From Stegostoma tigrinum (taxonomy: Eukaryota): 64,000 bases of DNA. The translations under genes and the position numbers were made by a program. This document shows, one piece after another, positions 11,111 to 25,114 of the stretch (the stretch's first letter is position 1; every line of letters begins with the position of its first letter). The notes below the pieces were generated by a model. The model was given only the letters and a program-made list of their open reading frames with translations. It was not told where the DNA came from and ran no database searches. The stretch lies in NCBI RefSeq assembly GCF_030684315.1, contig NC_081374.1, positions 5,393,937-5,457,936 of the forward strand, read 5' to 3'.

Positions 11111-11567
11111 GTGTCACTTTTTCCCTTGTGCCTGCGTGAAATGTTTTTTAAAAAAAACCAAAGCTGTATACTGTCAGGATGGGGTAACATTGAGCCCAGT
11201 GGTGGGTGTTTGATTCCAGCTGATTTCACACTTATATGTTTGGTTGCGTTCAGCTGAAAAGTCAACCCCCCTCCCCCCCACCTTGCTATTTATGAGAAAT
11301 CCAACTCTCAACTGGGCAGCAGACTTGACAATCCAGTTTTCTTCTCCATTGTAGATCCACACTTCCAGCACTGAGTAGCGTAAATGATTCTTGCACACTA
11401 GTCACTGAGAATCCAGCCTGCATGGGTTTCAAAGCAACCTTGTGTAAATTGCCACAGCATGCAAATCTATTTTAGGTGTGACTGGCTGAATGAAGTTGAT
11501 GATTGACAGCAAATTGTGGAAGTGCATCTCAGTGACACAGTGGAACTTGAGTTAATGTTTGGGAGAT

Positions 11568-11657
11568 AACAAAATGTGAAGCTGTACAAACCCAGCAGGC
11601 TAAGCAGCGTCTCAGGAGCACAAAAGCTGATGTTTTGGGCCTAGACCCTCCTTCAGA
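11568..11657 (-). mobile_element. Solo PLE terminal repeat, family A
   Basis: 16-bp TSD with one mismatch, TTAAT(G/T)TTTGGGAGAT, at 11552-11567 and 11658-11673. Confidence 0.82.
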
Positions 11658-13120
11658 TTAATTTTTGGGAGATCCTGTTTATTGGAACTAATTACTATAA
11701 ATCTTTTGCATCCATCTGTATTCTCAAGGTTCAGTTCTGTTGCTTTTCACATTGTTTTTTGTCAGTATTTGTTTTTTTAATGTTTTATGCTTTTACACAT
11801 TCTTTTGAAGCATCTAAAGCACTGGTTTTAATTTCTTGATCGGATTTAGTTAATCTGATGGACCACTTGAATGCAAACCACTACCATTACTGCAGAAATG
11901 CATCCAGAGATGTATAGATCTTAACTACCTTTCTCATTATTTATGTAAAGGGAGTTGTGTCCTCAGTAAATTTTGAAGTCTGTATAATCAAATTTTGTTT
12001 ACTGCCCAGTGAATGTGATGGGAGGTTTCAACTTATATTTCTTGGCGATAGGACATAGACAAATATAAGGTATGAAAACCTGAAGTAGATGGAACCTACA
12101 AGGTTAGTAAAATACTGAATCCTTCAGAAATGAATTTGTGACTTGCAAGCATCTGCTTGGCTTGTGTTTTTTCCAAACCCTCCTTTTGATTTCTGATAAC
12201 CACTGCATTTGGTGCAAGAGTTCTATAAGCTGACTTTCTGACTGATATTCCCCATCGTGTTTATAATATAAAGACTTAGCATGACAGATTGCAGCATTAG
12301 ATCCTTTAAAGGTGTGGCTTGTCACGAACACTTTCTCTTACCTGTGATAGTTGTTTGATTGGGGAATGACTGAGGCAATGGGGCGTCTCCTTCCTTATTC
12401 TGTAATGTTTTTTGATAGAGCGTCTCTGTAGTCCTTTGGAGGACATAGCTTCATTCTTGAGGTGAACAGTGGAATTTTTGAATATTCAAAGGGGAGAGAA
12501 AACATGTTCTAACTCTTTTATATTTGGTTGTGTTGTGCAGTATTGTAGGATTTCAGTAAGTGTTATGATGTAAAACTTTTCATTTGGACTTGTGCTTGGA
12601 CATTATCTGACAACATAAAAATTTTGTCTTTGTGTTCAAGTAACATTGAAGTATTCCCCTTTAGGCTGAAGTACTGATATTGCTGTATTTAACAGCACAA
12701 TCAAACATTCACTTACATTGTTTTGTCATAATCAATTTTACCTTGCAATAGCGTGCAGGACTCTTGATGTTCTTGCTTTAGTGTTGAGGTCAAATAACTA
12801 ACAATTTCTGCTTTATGCTAAACTTGTAACGAGATTGAGCTTGTCTTAAGAGTCTGAGCGGAATGTTGGTTTCAAATCTGTTGGAGTTCAAAATTTGTCT
12901 TTAGTGGAGGTTAATCAGCACCAGCTCTTTAACTTTTGAAAGTCACCTGGTAATTTTTTTATAATGTTGGCAACACTGCACTGACTAATATAAAAAGATC
13001 AAACGTGGTTTGGAGTTGATTTGCTTTCAGCTTCTTAATGTGTAGAAAACTGGGTTGGTCTTGTAGAAGGCAGTCTAGCACTGATAAGTAGCAACTGCAA
13101 GGAGTGATGGCTTCTGGTAC

Positions 13121-13163
13121 CCTCCTCCTCCTCCTCCTCCTCCTTCCCCCCCCCCCACCCCCC
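13121..13163. repeat. (CCT)8 plus poly-C tract
   Basis: Read directly. Confidence 0.9.
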
Positions 13164-14209
13164 AAATAATTGAATATGTAAATAGTCACTCTATGAACCA
13201 GTCGCTTTTATGTAATTGAAGAGTGCTGTCGCCACACTAGAAGAGTAGCACAAGAAAAGATCTACGTCATGTGAAAAAATTCTCAAAAGAAATAGGAAAG
13301 CCTTTGACTGCCCTGTGGGAATGTGTGGTTAGACTGTAATCTGTATGTTTTTTAAATCAATTTCTTGCCAGAATTTCATTGCTTTTGCTTGAATTACATT
13401 ATACATGATATTTACAGTATTGGCAAATTGAGCATGGAACATGCTGGTTGGTGGATACTGGTATTAAACAGAACTGACAATTGTTGGAAGTAGTCCTAAT
13501 CTGAGAGATGTTTAACACAGAGGGTTTTGTCTTTCTTGTGAAGAGTGCGCACTTCCTGTGCTTGTTATCCAAGTATGGGGGGTGGTGGAAATGAAGCTTG
13601 AGTCTTAAAATGGGAATAAATGTACTGCTATTTGTCATCTGTATTGTATACTTTTTTGAAAAGGCCTCGTTTTCCCAATTCTTTTCTTTATAGTGCTTTC
13701 ACCACCTTCCACCTTATCTTTCTTTCCTTCTTTGTCAACAAAACCCTTATCCAGACCCCCTCGCTGTCAATTTCTTCTGTACTTTTTTCTTGAACACAAC
13801 CATGTGTGTCTCTCAGCGCCCTTGTCTAAGGTGCCGCACACCTGTTGTGTTCTATCCCAGTTTGGACCCCAGGTTGTTGAATTCAAAGTCCTTTACCTGG
13901 TTTACAGATCTCACTATAGCTTTTCTTGAATTTACCTCCTCAGCTTCCTGTCAACCAAGCTTGGTTGCCTGTGCCTTTTGCTTACTACCACTACACTAGT
14001 CAGAGCCATCAGTGCTAATTCTCCTGTCCTCAGTTTGTTTTAAATTGCCTGCATTGTTACTTCAGTCTTAATGTTTCCTCAATGTATTTCTTATGTAGTC
14101 CTTGCTGAGTAATGTTTGGGAGATTTTACATAATATCTTTTTAATTTTTAAATGATTTAGTGGTAACTAATGTGTTGCCTGAAAGTTAAGGTTTTCTTTT
14201 TTTATATAG

Positions 14210-14309
14210 AACATGATAAGATCCTCATGATTTAATGGAAAAATATAGTACAATGTTTGCAAACCTGAACTCATTGAGCCTAGATCAATTTAATCTTCCT
14301 GAAATCCCG
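14210..14309 (+). other. Candidate second exon containing ATG(s)
   Basis: Branch-like ACTAAT ~14166; pyrimidine tract TTTTCTTTTTTTATATAG (AG 14208-14209); donor CCG|GTGGGC (14310) or GGC|GTGAGA (14316). ATG 14235 opens MEKYSTMFANLNSLSLDQFNLPEIP to a phase-0 junction. Confidence 0.55.
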
Positions 14310-15266
14310 GTGGGCGTGAGAAACTGCTGGGCTTGTAGAAGTGACTGCATTTGCAGCAGTGTTGCATTTCTTGTTCAATTTGTTCCTGCATATGAAATAT
14401 ATTTATTTAATGCTACATTTGGCAGAATTCCATTTCCAGTTGCTGTTTTGATGCTTTAAGGACCTTCCACATTCTTGTGTTTTTAAAAAAAAAATCAAAA
14501 GCCCCAGATTTTATTCGTCGACTGTATTGAGTTAGTGGTCTTCAGCTGGAGTTGAATATCAGAACATGGGGCAGAGTTTGTAAGCAAGAAGTGGTGTCTA
14601 GGCCAGACTTTCTTCTTAATGTCTGTCTTTACTGAAAGTTTAATTTGGAGAGTGAGGGGAATTTAGTGAGTCAGTTTCTCTTGCCATAGTTGTGTAGTCC
14701 AGAGGTACTGATTACGGAAATGAGAACTTGCCAAAGAATGGTTATTTCTCACAGGGACTGGGTGAGATTTCAGAAGGTGTACCCTCTGATATTTATTCAC
14801 TATAGGGCAACAAGGAAAATTCCAAAACTCTGCATTTGCTTCAATTTGATAAGCCTCCGGACTATTGAAACTACTTTTGGTCAAGCTTAATCATCTGTAG
14901 TGTGAAATTTAAGGCTCTGATTCTTGAGCCCACCTTCTGTTGGAGGGATTAAGCTGCATATTTTGAGATTTGCAGACTAAATATGTATGTGTTGACGTGG
15001 AATGAGGATCAAAATTCCAGCTACTGAGGAATATGCCCCAAAAGATATGCATGGAATAAATGTAAAACCACATCATAGTGCACAAAGCAGATACCATGGG
15101 GTTGATGAGAGCAATGCTTCTGTTCTGCTTCTGATGTAATTTGTAGCCATCCATTTTAAGTCTGAGTTTAGCCCTATTTAAAAATAGTGTTGTTGTTTGT
15201 ATTTGATAACTGTTCCAGTTTGAGGTCTGTTATAATGGATGTGTTTCTGGTAATATTCCAATGTGT

Positions 15267-16495
15267 AGGGATAGTGAACATGGTTTTGTGAAGAGTAGCT
15301 TGTGCCTCACAAAACCTTTATTGAGTTCTTTTGAGAAGGTGACCAAAGAGGTGGATGAGGGTAGAGCGGTTGATGTGGTGTATATGGATTTCGGTAAAGC
15401 GTTTGACAAGGTTCCCCACGGTAGGCTATTGCAGAAGATACTAAGGCATGGGATTGAGGGTGATTTAGAAGATTGGATCAGAAATTGTCTTCTTCCAGCT
15501 AGCCAAAGGATGGTAGTTGATGAGAAATGTCCATCGTGGAGTTCTGTTACTAGTGGTGTACTGCACGGATCTGTTTTGAGGCCAGTGCTATTTATCATTT
15601 TTTTATAAATGACCTTGATGAGGGCGTAGAAGGATGGCTTAGTAAATTAGTGGATAACACAAGTTGGTGGAGATGTGGACAGTGGAAGGATTTTGCGGGT
15701 TACAGAGGGACACAGATAAGCTGCAGAGCTGGGCTGAGAGGTGGCAAATGGAGTTTAATGCAGACAAGTGTGAGGTGATGCACTTTGGAAAGAGTAACAG
15801 GAATAGAGAGTGCAGGGCTAATGGTAAGATTCTTGGTGGCGTGGATGAGCAGAGAGATCTCGGTGTCCATGTGCATAGATAACTGAAAGTTGCCACGCAG
15901 GTTGATAGGGTTGTCAGGTAGGTGTACGGTGTATTAGGTTTTATTGGTAGAGGGATTGAGTTTCAGAGCCATGCGGTCATGTTGCAGTTGTACAAAACTC
16001 TGCGGCCGCACTTGGAGTGTTGCGTACAGTTCTGGTTGCTGCATTATAGGAAGGATGTGGAAGCATTGGAAAGGGTGCAGAGGAAATTTACCGGGATGTT
16101 GTCTGGTATGGAGGGAAGGTCTTGAGAAAAGGCTGAGGGACTTGAGGCTGTTTTTGTTAGCGAGGAGAAGGTTAACAGGTGAATTATTAGAGACACACAA
16201 GATGATGAGAGGGTAGACAGTGAGAGCCTTTTTTCTTGGATGGTGCTGGCTAGCACGAGGGGACATAGCTTTAAATTGAGGGGCGATAGAGATCGGACAG
16301 ATGTCAGAGTATAAAGCACATGAATGCCCTGCCTGCAGCAGTAGTAGACTTGTCAACTTTAAGGGCATTTAAATAGTCATTGGATAAACATATGGATGAT
16401 AATGGAATAGTGTAGACAGGCTTCAGTTTGGTTTCACGGGTCGGCGCAACATCGAGGCCCGAAGGGTCTGTACTGCGCTGTAAATGTTCTGTTCT
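15267..16495 (+). mobile_element. 5'-truncated CR1 LINE (RT C-terminal half plus 3'UTR)
   Basis: [55 protein letters not shown]; ends in ATGTTCTGTTCT. Confidence 0.93.
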
Positions 16496-17389
16496 GTGTG
16501 TGCGTATGTTCAGAATGTATCATTCTAAATGAGAGCTCTTCTATGTTCATTGGATTTCATGCAAAACCAGTGGAATTTCAAGTTTGATATTGGTACAGCT
16601 GAAGACATTAGATCGACATTTTCTTTGCAGTGCAGTTGTGTGTAAAATGTTCTTCTCTCCCCCCCCCCCCCCCTCCCCCCCACCATAGTAATTTTCCTGT
16701 ACAAAATGTTTGCACACCATAAGCAAAGTTTTTTGCATATTTATAATTGTGACCTTAGAATTATGAAAAACTTCCAGGTGTCTTTCCAAAAAGAGAAATT
16801 TACATTTTTTTTTTGAAAAAATTTAGCCTTGATTTCCAGCATACAAAAACTAATGTTTCTCACAATTTGGTAAGTTCTGTCTGGCCAGTATTAAATAAGT
16901 TAGCTTGGCAAAGGTGCTACTAAGCTTCTAACTGTGAAGTTTGAGTTCCAGTGTTGATATGACTGTTGAATCGAGTGACTTTTTTTTCCTTTTTTTTAAC
17001 TTGTTACTTACTGAGAGTGTGCACCTCCTTGGAGAATCGTCACTCATAATTTTCAGGTGGCTGATCAAGATCTTGTGAAGCTTTTTGAATGTGTTATTTT
17101 GTGCTCAGTCCTTTTTACAACCAGTGCCACAGTTAGCTGGTTATTCATCTCATTTTTGTTTGTAGAGCTTTGTGGTGCAGCACAGCTGTGACTGCAGCAT
17201 GATTATCTAGAACATTTTGTTCATGGGCGATGAGATGTTGCATTGATGGGAATTGTTAATTTGAAGAGACCTAGAAAAATAACCTGTTGTCAGTGGGACT
17301 ATTAGGATTAGCTGTCACGTCATATTTTAGGAATACTGTGGTGAGTAATTCACTTCTTGGTAACTCACCAATGACATGGCAAGAGTCAG

Positions 17390-18030
17390 TCATACAACAT
17401 GGAAACAGACCTTTTGGTCCAACCAATCCATGCTGACCATGTTCCCAAACTCAGCTAGTTCCACCTACCTGCATTTGGCCCTTATCCCTCTGAACCTTTC
17501 CCATTCTTGAACTTGTCTTTTAAATGTTCCACTGTACCACTTTCTCTGGTAGTTCATTCCACATACAAACCATTGTTTAAAACAAAAAGTTGTCCCTCAT
17601 GTCTTTTTTAAATCTTTCTCCTCTCTTCTGCCCTCTAGTTTTGATTCTGCCATGCTTGGGCAAAGACCTTTGCCATCTTATATATGTCCCTCATGATTTT
17701 ATGAACCTAGGCGGCTGACCTTGTATGTTTAGTGAATGTCCCAGTATTTCCTGTCTACTTTTATATCTCAAACCCTCCATTCCTGGTAATATCCTGGTAA
17801 ATCTTTTTCTGAACCTTCTCCAGCTTAATAACCCTTCAATAACAGGACAATCAGAATTGAATACAGTATTCCAGAAGAGGCCTTACCATCCTCTTCAACC
17901 TGAACATGGCATCCTAACTGCTTTTAATCAATGATCTGAGCGATTGAAGGCAAATGTGCCAAATGCTGCCTTAACCACCTGTCTACCGGTGATGCAAATT
18001 TTAAAGAATTAAGTACTCCAACTCATAGGT
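17390..18030 (-). mobile_element. Decayed CR1 3' fragment
   Basis: Reverse-complement CR1 3'UTR and C-terminal coding similarity to the other CR1 copies (ATCCTGGTAAATCT, CAGAATTGAATACAGTATTCC). Confidence 0.75.
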
Positions 18031-18064
18031 CAGCTATGTGACAGACTGTTAGAAGCTCTGACAT

Positions 18065-18960
18065 TCTTTGTTCAAATGTAGCAAGACTTGGATAATATCC
18101 AGGTTTGGGCTGACATTGACAAATAGCATTAATGCCACGCAAGTACCAGGCAATGACCATCTTCGATAAGAGAATCTAACTAATGCCCCCGTGACATTGC
18201 CATTGCTGAAGCTTTATCCCCACTACACATATCCTGGGTGGATATTAACTAAAAATTGAACTACACTGGCCATAAGTGTGTGGCTACAAGAGTAGGTCAG
18301 AGGCTAGAAATGGCTGTGTAACTCTCTCTCTCCTCCAGAGATCTCTTTCCTAGTTGGGGGTGTGTCCCAAAACTAGAGGGCATAAGTTTTTGAGGGGGAA
18401 AGATTTAAAAAATGACCGGAGGGTGGTGTGTATGGAACAATCTGTCAGAGGAAGTGGTGGAGGCAGGTACAATTACATTTAAAAGGCATCTGGATGGGTG
18501 TATGAACAGGAAGGATTTAGTGCAATATGGGTCAAATGCTGGTGAATTGGACTAGTTCACATTGGGATGCCTGGTTAGTGCAGATAAATTGGACAGAGTG
18601 TCTATTTCTGTGCTGTATAACTCTTGACTCCCTAAAGCCTCTCTGTGATCCACAAGGCTTAAGTCAGGGGTGTGATGAGACACACCCAACTTTCTTGGGT
18701 TAGTACAGCTCCAGCAACATACAGGTAGTTTCATACCAACTGGACCAAGGCTGCTTGACTGGCTTCATGTTTGCAAACATTATTCTCTCACCATTGCTCA
18801 GCAGCAGTGTACACCATCTACAAGCATCACCTTAAATTCTCAGGCAGCACTTTCCAAACGCATGACCACTTCCATCTAGAAGGACAAGAGCAGCAGATAC
18901 ATGGGAACACCAGATGCAGTTTCTTTCCAAGCTGCTCACCATCCTGACTTGGAGATGTCT
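18065..18960 (+). mobile_element. Old CR1/L2-superfamily LINE of a distinct family, interrupted by a CR1 3' fragment (~18340-18630)
   Basis: Translates to QDLDNIQVWAD...PRKYQAMTI. Related pieces appear on the minus strand near 36.0-36.5, 54.1-54.4 and 55.6 kb. Confidence 0.55.
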
Positions 18961-19247
18961 CCTTCAGGCTAGGCCAGCGTTTATTGCCCATCCCTAATTG
19001 TCCACAGGGCAGTAATGAGTCACCCACATTGCTGTGGCTCTAGAATTGTGTTGGCTAGGGAAGGAAGGCAGTTTCCTTCCCTAAAAGCATGAGTGAACCA
19101 GATGGGTTTTCCAACAATCGGCAATGGATTCATGGTCATAGACTCTTTAGATATTTATTGAATTCAAGTACTGCCCCATGTTGTGTTGGGATTCGAACCT
19201 GGGTCTCTGGATTAACAGTCCCCTGGTCTAATCTTAACAGTCCAGTA
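18961..19247 (-). mobile_element. tRNA-headed SINE copy
   Basis: Reverse complement of the family tail (GCCAGCGTTTATTGCCCATCCCTAATTG) and B-box (GGGATTCGAACC). Confidence 0.7.
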
Positions 19248-20376
19248 AAGAATTATAGTTGGATTGTGACAAATGTTGGCTATCTTTTTGAGGATAACTT
19301 TTAAACTGGCTTGTGGCTCTCTGCTGTAAGTCATGATTTGAATAGGCCACTTCTCAACCTTTATCTTTGCACATGAAGTGAATGTCCCACATAACGGTCT
19401 GATCCAGACTGCAAGATTTGCTTCCTTTGCTTCTATGTCACCTCTTTGCTTGAATTCAATGCATGATTCTGCTTGATGGATAAGCTGCTATTTTGATTAT
19501 AGCAGGCTCCTCCCAATTGTTCATGAGTTGTTCTTGTACTGTGTACAGCTGAATTGTTCTTGGATCTGGAGATGTTGGCTGCCTGGCATCATTGGAAAAA
19601 AAATTCTTGATCTCCCACAGTGCTTTTCCCTGAAAAGAGCATGGATTCACCTTTCTTCCTTTTGGTTACTATGGAATCAAAATATTGCTTTCAGTGATAC
19701 AGCTTGCTAGCTTTTACCAGTTGGATGCTTGCCTTCTGTAACACTACTGCCTCATTTGTGTAATGCAGGAGAGTAAAACTTCATTACTTGGCTTGATTAG
19801 TGACTTTTCTGGATTTCATGGGTCATTGGATCACCTGGGCTATGTAGGAATGGTCAGATTCTATCCCCTGCCAATGAGAACTTTATGGGAGAATGAACAG
19901 TTTTGAATACTTCAAGTTTGTATTTAATGTGGAGAAATGTTAAATATTCAATTTAACCTGTGCTCCAATAGCGCCATACTTGAAATTGTATTTCTTATAG
20001 AATTCTTTGTGCTATCGTGCTCATGTTTGGGTTTTTAAAAGTTGACAAACTTGAGTGTAGCTGAAGTTCCGTGACTTTTCTATTGATGCCCTGGAGCTCC
20101 AGGATCATGAGATAAAACAGGTTCCTTTTTTTGTCATCTGATTACTGAAGAATTCCAGGGGCTTTCTAATTAGTTTGTAGTTTTGTTTTCCCCCCCGCCC
20201 TGTTTCCAGGAACTTGTTGGCTGTGGGCAGGTGGATTGAGTTTAAAAAATTGACACTACATTCACCTTCTCCATTTTGGTTTGGGGTGTCTAAAGGAGGG
20301 GATAAGCTCTAGGGAGTATTTTTCCATCTCATACGGAGAGTATCTTAATTACACAAGTTTAATTTGCAAACTGGAA

Positions 20377-20569
20377 TAGAACATAGAACATAGAACAGTA
20401 CAGCACAGAACAGGCCCTTCAGCCCACAATGTTGTGCCGACCATTGATCCTCATGGATGCACCCTCAAATTTCTGTGACCATATGCATGTCCAGCAGTCT
20501 CTTAAATGACCCCAATGACCTTGCTTCCACAACTGCTGCTGGCAACGCATTCCATGCTCTCACAACTCT
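20377..20569 (-). mobile_element. Young, short 5'-truncated CR1
   Basis: (AGAACAT)n tail; nearly identical to 32027-32215. Confidence 0.92.
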
Positions 20570-21649
20570 ATGAATATGTATGAATAGATGCACATGTTTT
20601 CCCCACTGTTTGAAATGAAGACTAGATTTGTCATGGCCACTGAGTAAATGAAAATATATTTTGTTACCTCATGGGAAGTAACCACATGACTCAAATTTTG
20701 AGTTTATTCTAAACTTTGTAGTTGAAAACCAGTTTGGGTGAAGACTACATGTTCGGGCAGGTTGGTATTTAGTTGCCTTTGACACATGTGCAATTGCTTA
20801 TTCTAGCATTTAATTGAAATGAAGATTTATTTCCCATTGCAGAGTGCAGTGTTGTGTTGGATGATGAAGTACAAGCATTTTTCCCCATGTACTAAACCTG
20901 GGAGAGATCTGATGCTCTTGCTGGTCAGGAAGAGAAATTACTTTTTTATTAATAATGACTTCCATGCTTTTTGAGTAGATGGATAATACTACAGACAAAA
21001 AGTAACAAGCACTTTAATTTGTCCAGTAGGGATGTGAGGCACTGGTGTAGTGGTGTCCTGCTCAAAATGTTTTGTATGGCTATCCTCTTTAGAAAAAGTA
21101 CATGGGCTGGATGGGGAAGGAAGGCTTCCCAAACTTTCTGACAATAATACCCTATTTTGTTACTTAAACTAATACAGTTGCAATGTCACAATGTGCTGAC
21201 AAAGCAGCATTGTAACATGCTGTACAATGAAACTTTAATTGTGCAGAGAAATATGTTACTTTCTAAACACCTTTACATTGCATGATGTAGTAGAACACTA
21301 TTTAGGTGCTGTCCATTCACCTGAACCAGTCCAGCTCCTGGACCTTTGCCAGGAAGTATTGGGTATGCAAGTTAAGCCCCATGATGTTAAGATAGTTGGA
21401 GCCTGTGTCATTCTATGGCTCTAGTTGTACCCCAACAGTGGGTAAAATGTTACCATGAGTCAGGAGATGGATCATGTGGGAAATGAACCAGCATAACAAT
21501 CGGCTAGTGAGGTTTCAGCCAATTCTTTACATTTCAATGGCCCATTTTTGGGGATGGGTGGGATGGAAGGTGTGGCATTGCGGGAAAGAACATGCAGATG
21601 AACTGAACAAGGGTAGTGCTGGTACATCCTGTCTTGGCATGACTTTTTT

Positions 21650-21960
21650 AAAAAAGTAACAACTCATGGGATCTGGGCATTTCTGGCTAGACTAGCATTT
21701 ATTGTCCAGAGGATAGTTTAGAATGTTACATGTAGGCCAGACTAAGGTAGGGATGGCTGTTTCCTTCTCTTAGGTCATTAGCGAATAGGATGGGTCTTTT
21801 CTGACAGTCGGCAATAACTTCCTGGTTATCGGTCTTCATCAGACTTTTAATTCCAGGTTTTTATTGAATTCAGATTCCACCATCTGCCATAGCAGAATTC
21901 AAACCCAGGCACCCAGAAAATTACTGAAGTCTTCAGGCTAGTAGAGTAATAATACCACTA
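21650..21960 (-). mobile_element. tRNA-headed SINE copy
   Basis: Same family as 18961-19247 (TTATTGAATTCAGATTCCACCATCTGCCAT; ACATGTAGGCCAGAC). Confidence 0.65.
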
Positions 21961-23119
21961 ATTAATGACTTCTCCTGTGTGACTACAGTCCAAGGACGCC
22001 CCTTTGGAGGAGGTGGACCTTGTGACCTCATTTGTTGTTACCCATGCTCTAGTTTAGGACCTGCTGTCATAAACTGTGACCTTTGTAAATTGTTTCTTGT
22101 GTAGTTACTGCTGCAAGATGGCAAAGCCAACGTGTACTATAAGATTCTGCAAATATCTATCTGAGGAACAACAATAACACTTCACTTTTTTGTTTAAAAG
22201 GATACTGGTTGAAGAGTAAATATTGCTCTTTGAATAGTTATAAAGGACATTCTTTTATACCCCAGTGTTTTTTTTAGGATATTGCTAAGCAAAGAAAATT
22301 TGCATAGATCTACTCAGGGCAGGTTAAGTCTTCCTTTTTTAGTGCTCAATTCATCAGATGTCAAGGGGCTAGGATTATCTGCTTTCGTAGAGTTGTAAAG
22401 ACACTTCAGTGCAGAAAGAATCCACTTGGTTTGTCATGTCTTTGGATTTTCAGCAGCAGCTCTGCTAATCTCATTCACCCATAGTTTCTTCAAACTTGTC
22501 AAACTTATCATTTGCAACTGTTTCTCATTGAGAAACAATCTCAGTTGAATCTGTCACTAGTCCCTCAGCAAGGACTTGGATTTAATGTCCACTCTGAAAG
22601 GCTACAGCATTCCTTAGTGTTGCTCTGGAATGACATCTCAGATAATATGGGGAGGTCTAAGGACCTTTTTACTTGGAGACTCTGTTAAATGTGAGTTAAA
22701 TAACCGTAAACAAAAAAAGTCTGAGTAGGAGGGTTGGAAATTCTTAAGGACCAAGTGGTCCTGTGTATTATGGTCTATCAAGTCTGCTCCACCATTCTTT
22801 AAAATCGTGCTGGCCTGCTATGCTTTAAACTAGAGGCCAAAGTGAATAAAGCCTCCTTAGATTTAAGCTGAGGAAATAATAATGAGAAACCAGGAAAAGA
22901 TAGCATTTCATTAAATATTCCGCATCAGCAGGAGTCGATCACTCGGTCTATTGAGCCTGTTCTACCATTCAGATCAGATCATGGCTGATCTGAGTATATC
23001 CCTTAAAACCTTTTGCTTAATAAAAAGTTGAATGAGAGAAATTTAACAATTGATCTTGCACTCACTGCCATTTATGGAAGTGTTCCAAACCCCCCTCATC
23101 CTTTGTGTATAAGACACTA

Positions 23120-23470
23120 ATGTTCCAAAAATGATACAATAATCAAAGGGCAAAAAAGTGGAGGAGGAAATAATGATCACTAGAGAGAAAATATTGGGGG
23201 AACTAATGGGACTAAAGGCTGTCAAGCCTCCTGGATCTGATGCATTGCATTTGAGGATATTAAAAGAAATAGTTACTCGGATGTAGTAGTAATGTGTCAA
23301 GGATCATTAGATTTTGGCAAAGTCCCAGAGCTTTGAAAAACTGCCGATGAAACATCCTTATTCAAAAAGGGAGGGGGGGACCAAAAAAGTACATGAAAGT
23401 TAACGTCTGTCATTTGGGGGCATTTTATTATATTCTATTATGAAGGTTGTGACAGAATGTTTAGCAGGAT
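23120..23470 (+). mobile_element. Old CR1 internal fragment
   Basis: Decayed K.PG.D..H..ILKE and P.FKKG motifs (AAGCCTCCTGGATCTGATGCATTGCAT; CCTTATTCAAAAAGGG). Confidence 0.6.
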
Positions 23471-24668
23471 ATAAGTAACCACTCTTCATTTTATGCTGAT
23501 ACTCCTGATCTGGCATGAACATTTTCTCTTCATTGTCATATCCTAGGTTACTCTGTGTCCTAATATTCTCAACGCTAGTCTACAACCATAATATTCCAAA
23601 TTCTTTACAGGACTACTGTAACATTCCAGAACACACTAACAGTCCTTGATCCCTTTGATTTGCGACCCAGCTTGAAACTGGTATAAATGAACAAAAGCCC
23701 ATTGGTGGTGCAAATAAAACATTCACTCAAGTTGGGTCTCAAAACACTTATTTTCTTAAATTACAGCAGTGGAAATTTGTTAATTAGTAGCCTCAGTTGT
23801 GCACACCCCACCACTGACTAACTTAACCAGAAACTCAAACTTGTCACAAATAGTATTAAATATTATGCACAAATTCCATAGCTTTCATCAAATCTTTGAA
23901 CTATTTTATCAAATGCCTTCTGAAAATCCATGTACTGTACATCCACTTTGTGGTAGATTGGTTAAATGTGATTTGCCTTACATGAAACCAAGTTGACTGC
24001 CTGATTAGTTTGAACTTATCCTGTTACTTCTGATCATCTTTTGTTTTTCTATGGTTCGCTGGGCTTTCTTGTTTTTGCTTACAACATTTTGTTGTATCCA
24101 GCTGCATGTTGAAACTGCATTCCTATTCTAGAAACTAACTTCTGTGCTTTTTAGGTACTCTATTTACAAGATTGAAAAGCCCCTTGGAAAAAAGTTGCTC
24201 TCTTTACTAAAGGATGTCTCAAATGTTTTTCTCATCTCCTAGATTAACTTCTTTAATTGAAAAGTAGTATGAGTCTTGCAAGCTACATGTCGTACAGCTT
24301 CATGCTTGCTTTTTCTTACTAGTGGAGCTTTTTGTGGATACTGATTTGTGTATATGAAGAATTTAATCTGGTGAAAGAGATTGCAATTAATTGAAGCTTT
24401 ATTTTAAACAGAAAGCTACTAACATCCAGAATGAACTTTACTCATGTGGGATAGTGAAAAATAAGGCCAACATAGTTTAAATTGCTAAACTCTGAAGATG
24501 CTGGCTGTGTTCAATTTTTGTGACTAGTTTAATAGATGCTTTTATTCAGGCTGGAGTTGCAGTCTTGTAACATCAAGATGACATGACATGATATAATGCC
24601 TATATGGTCTTAGCATATTGTGTGACTGCAATGTAGCCAGGCATTTGGTGATCAAGAAAGCAAATCAG

Positions 24669-24895
24669 ATAAATGGGAACTGCAGATGCTGGAGAATCCA
24701 AGATAATAAAGTGTGAAGCTGGATGAACACAGCAGGCCAGGCAGCATCTCAGGAGCACAAAAGCTGACGTTTCGGGCCTAGACCCTTCATCCGAGAGCAT
24801 CTCTGATGAAGGGTCTAGGCCTGAAACGTCAGCTTTTGTGCTCCTGAGATGCTGCTTGGCCTGCTGTGTTCACCCAGCTTCACACTTTATTATCT
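24669..24895. mobile_element. Palindromic PLE terminal-repeat insertion, family A
   Basis: Perfect 15-bp TSD AAGAAAGCAAATCAG at 24654-24668 and 24896-24910; + strand hammerhead core intact at 24803-24830. Confidence 0.9.
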
Positions 24896-25114
24896 AAGAA
24901 AGCAAATCAGCCTCATCTTTACTGTTAGTGGTACGTTTTGGGCATGTGGAAGAACAAATACAGTATTCTCTCTGATAAACCTATATGTTGGTACTTATCA
25001 AGTTGAAGTGACTTTTTGGTTTAGGGCACACTTACCTGATAGAAGATGGTTGTTTACCCAACAACTTGCTATATGATGTAGTTGGAACCAGAAGATCTTC
25101 TGGACTACTGTTCA

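Noticed and set aside
10054-11265. Several long ORFs (up to 191 aa) over the CpG island
   Set aside because: Low-complexity G/P/R/A translations on both strands are expected from stop-codon scarcity in GC-rich DNA; no domain is recognisable.
14235-14309. Assigning a gene name from the LPEIP phase-0 exon end (loosely like the EYA3 first coding exon)
   Set aside because: The similarity is only a few residues and no matching downstream exon was found.
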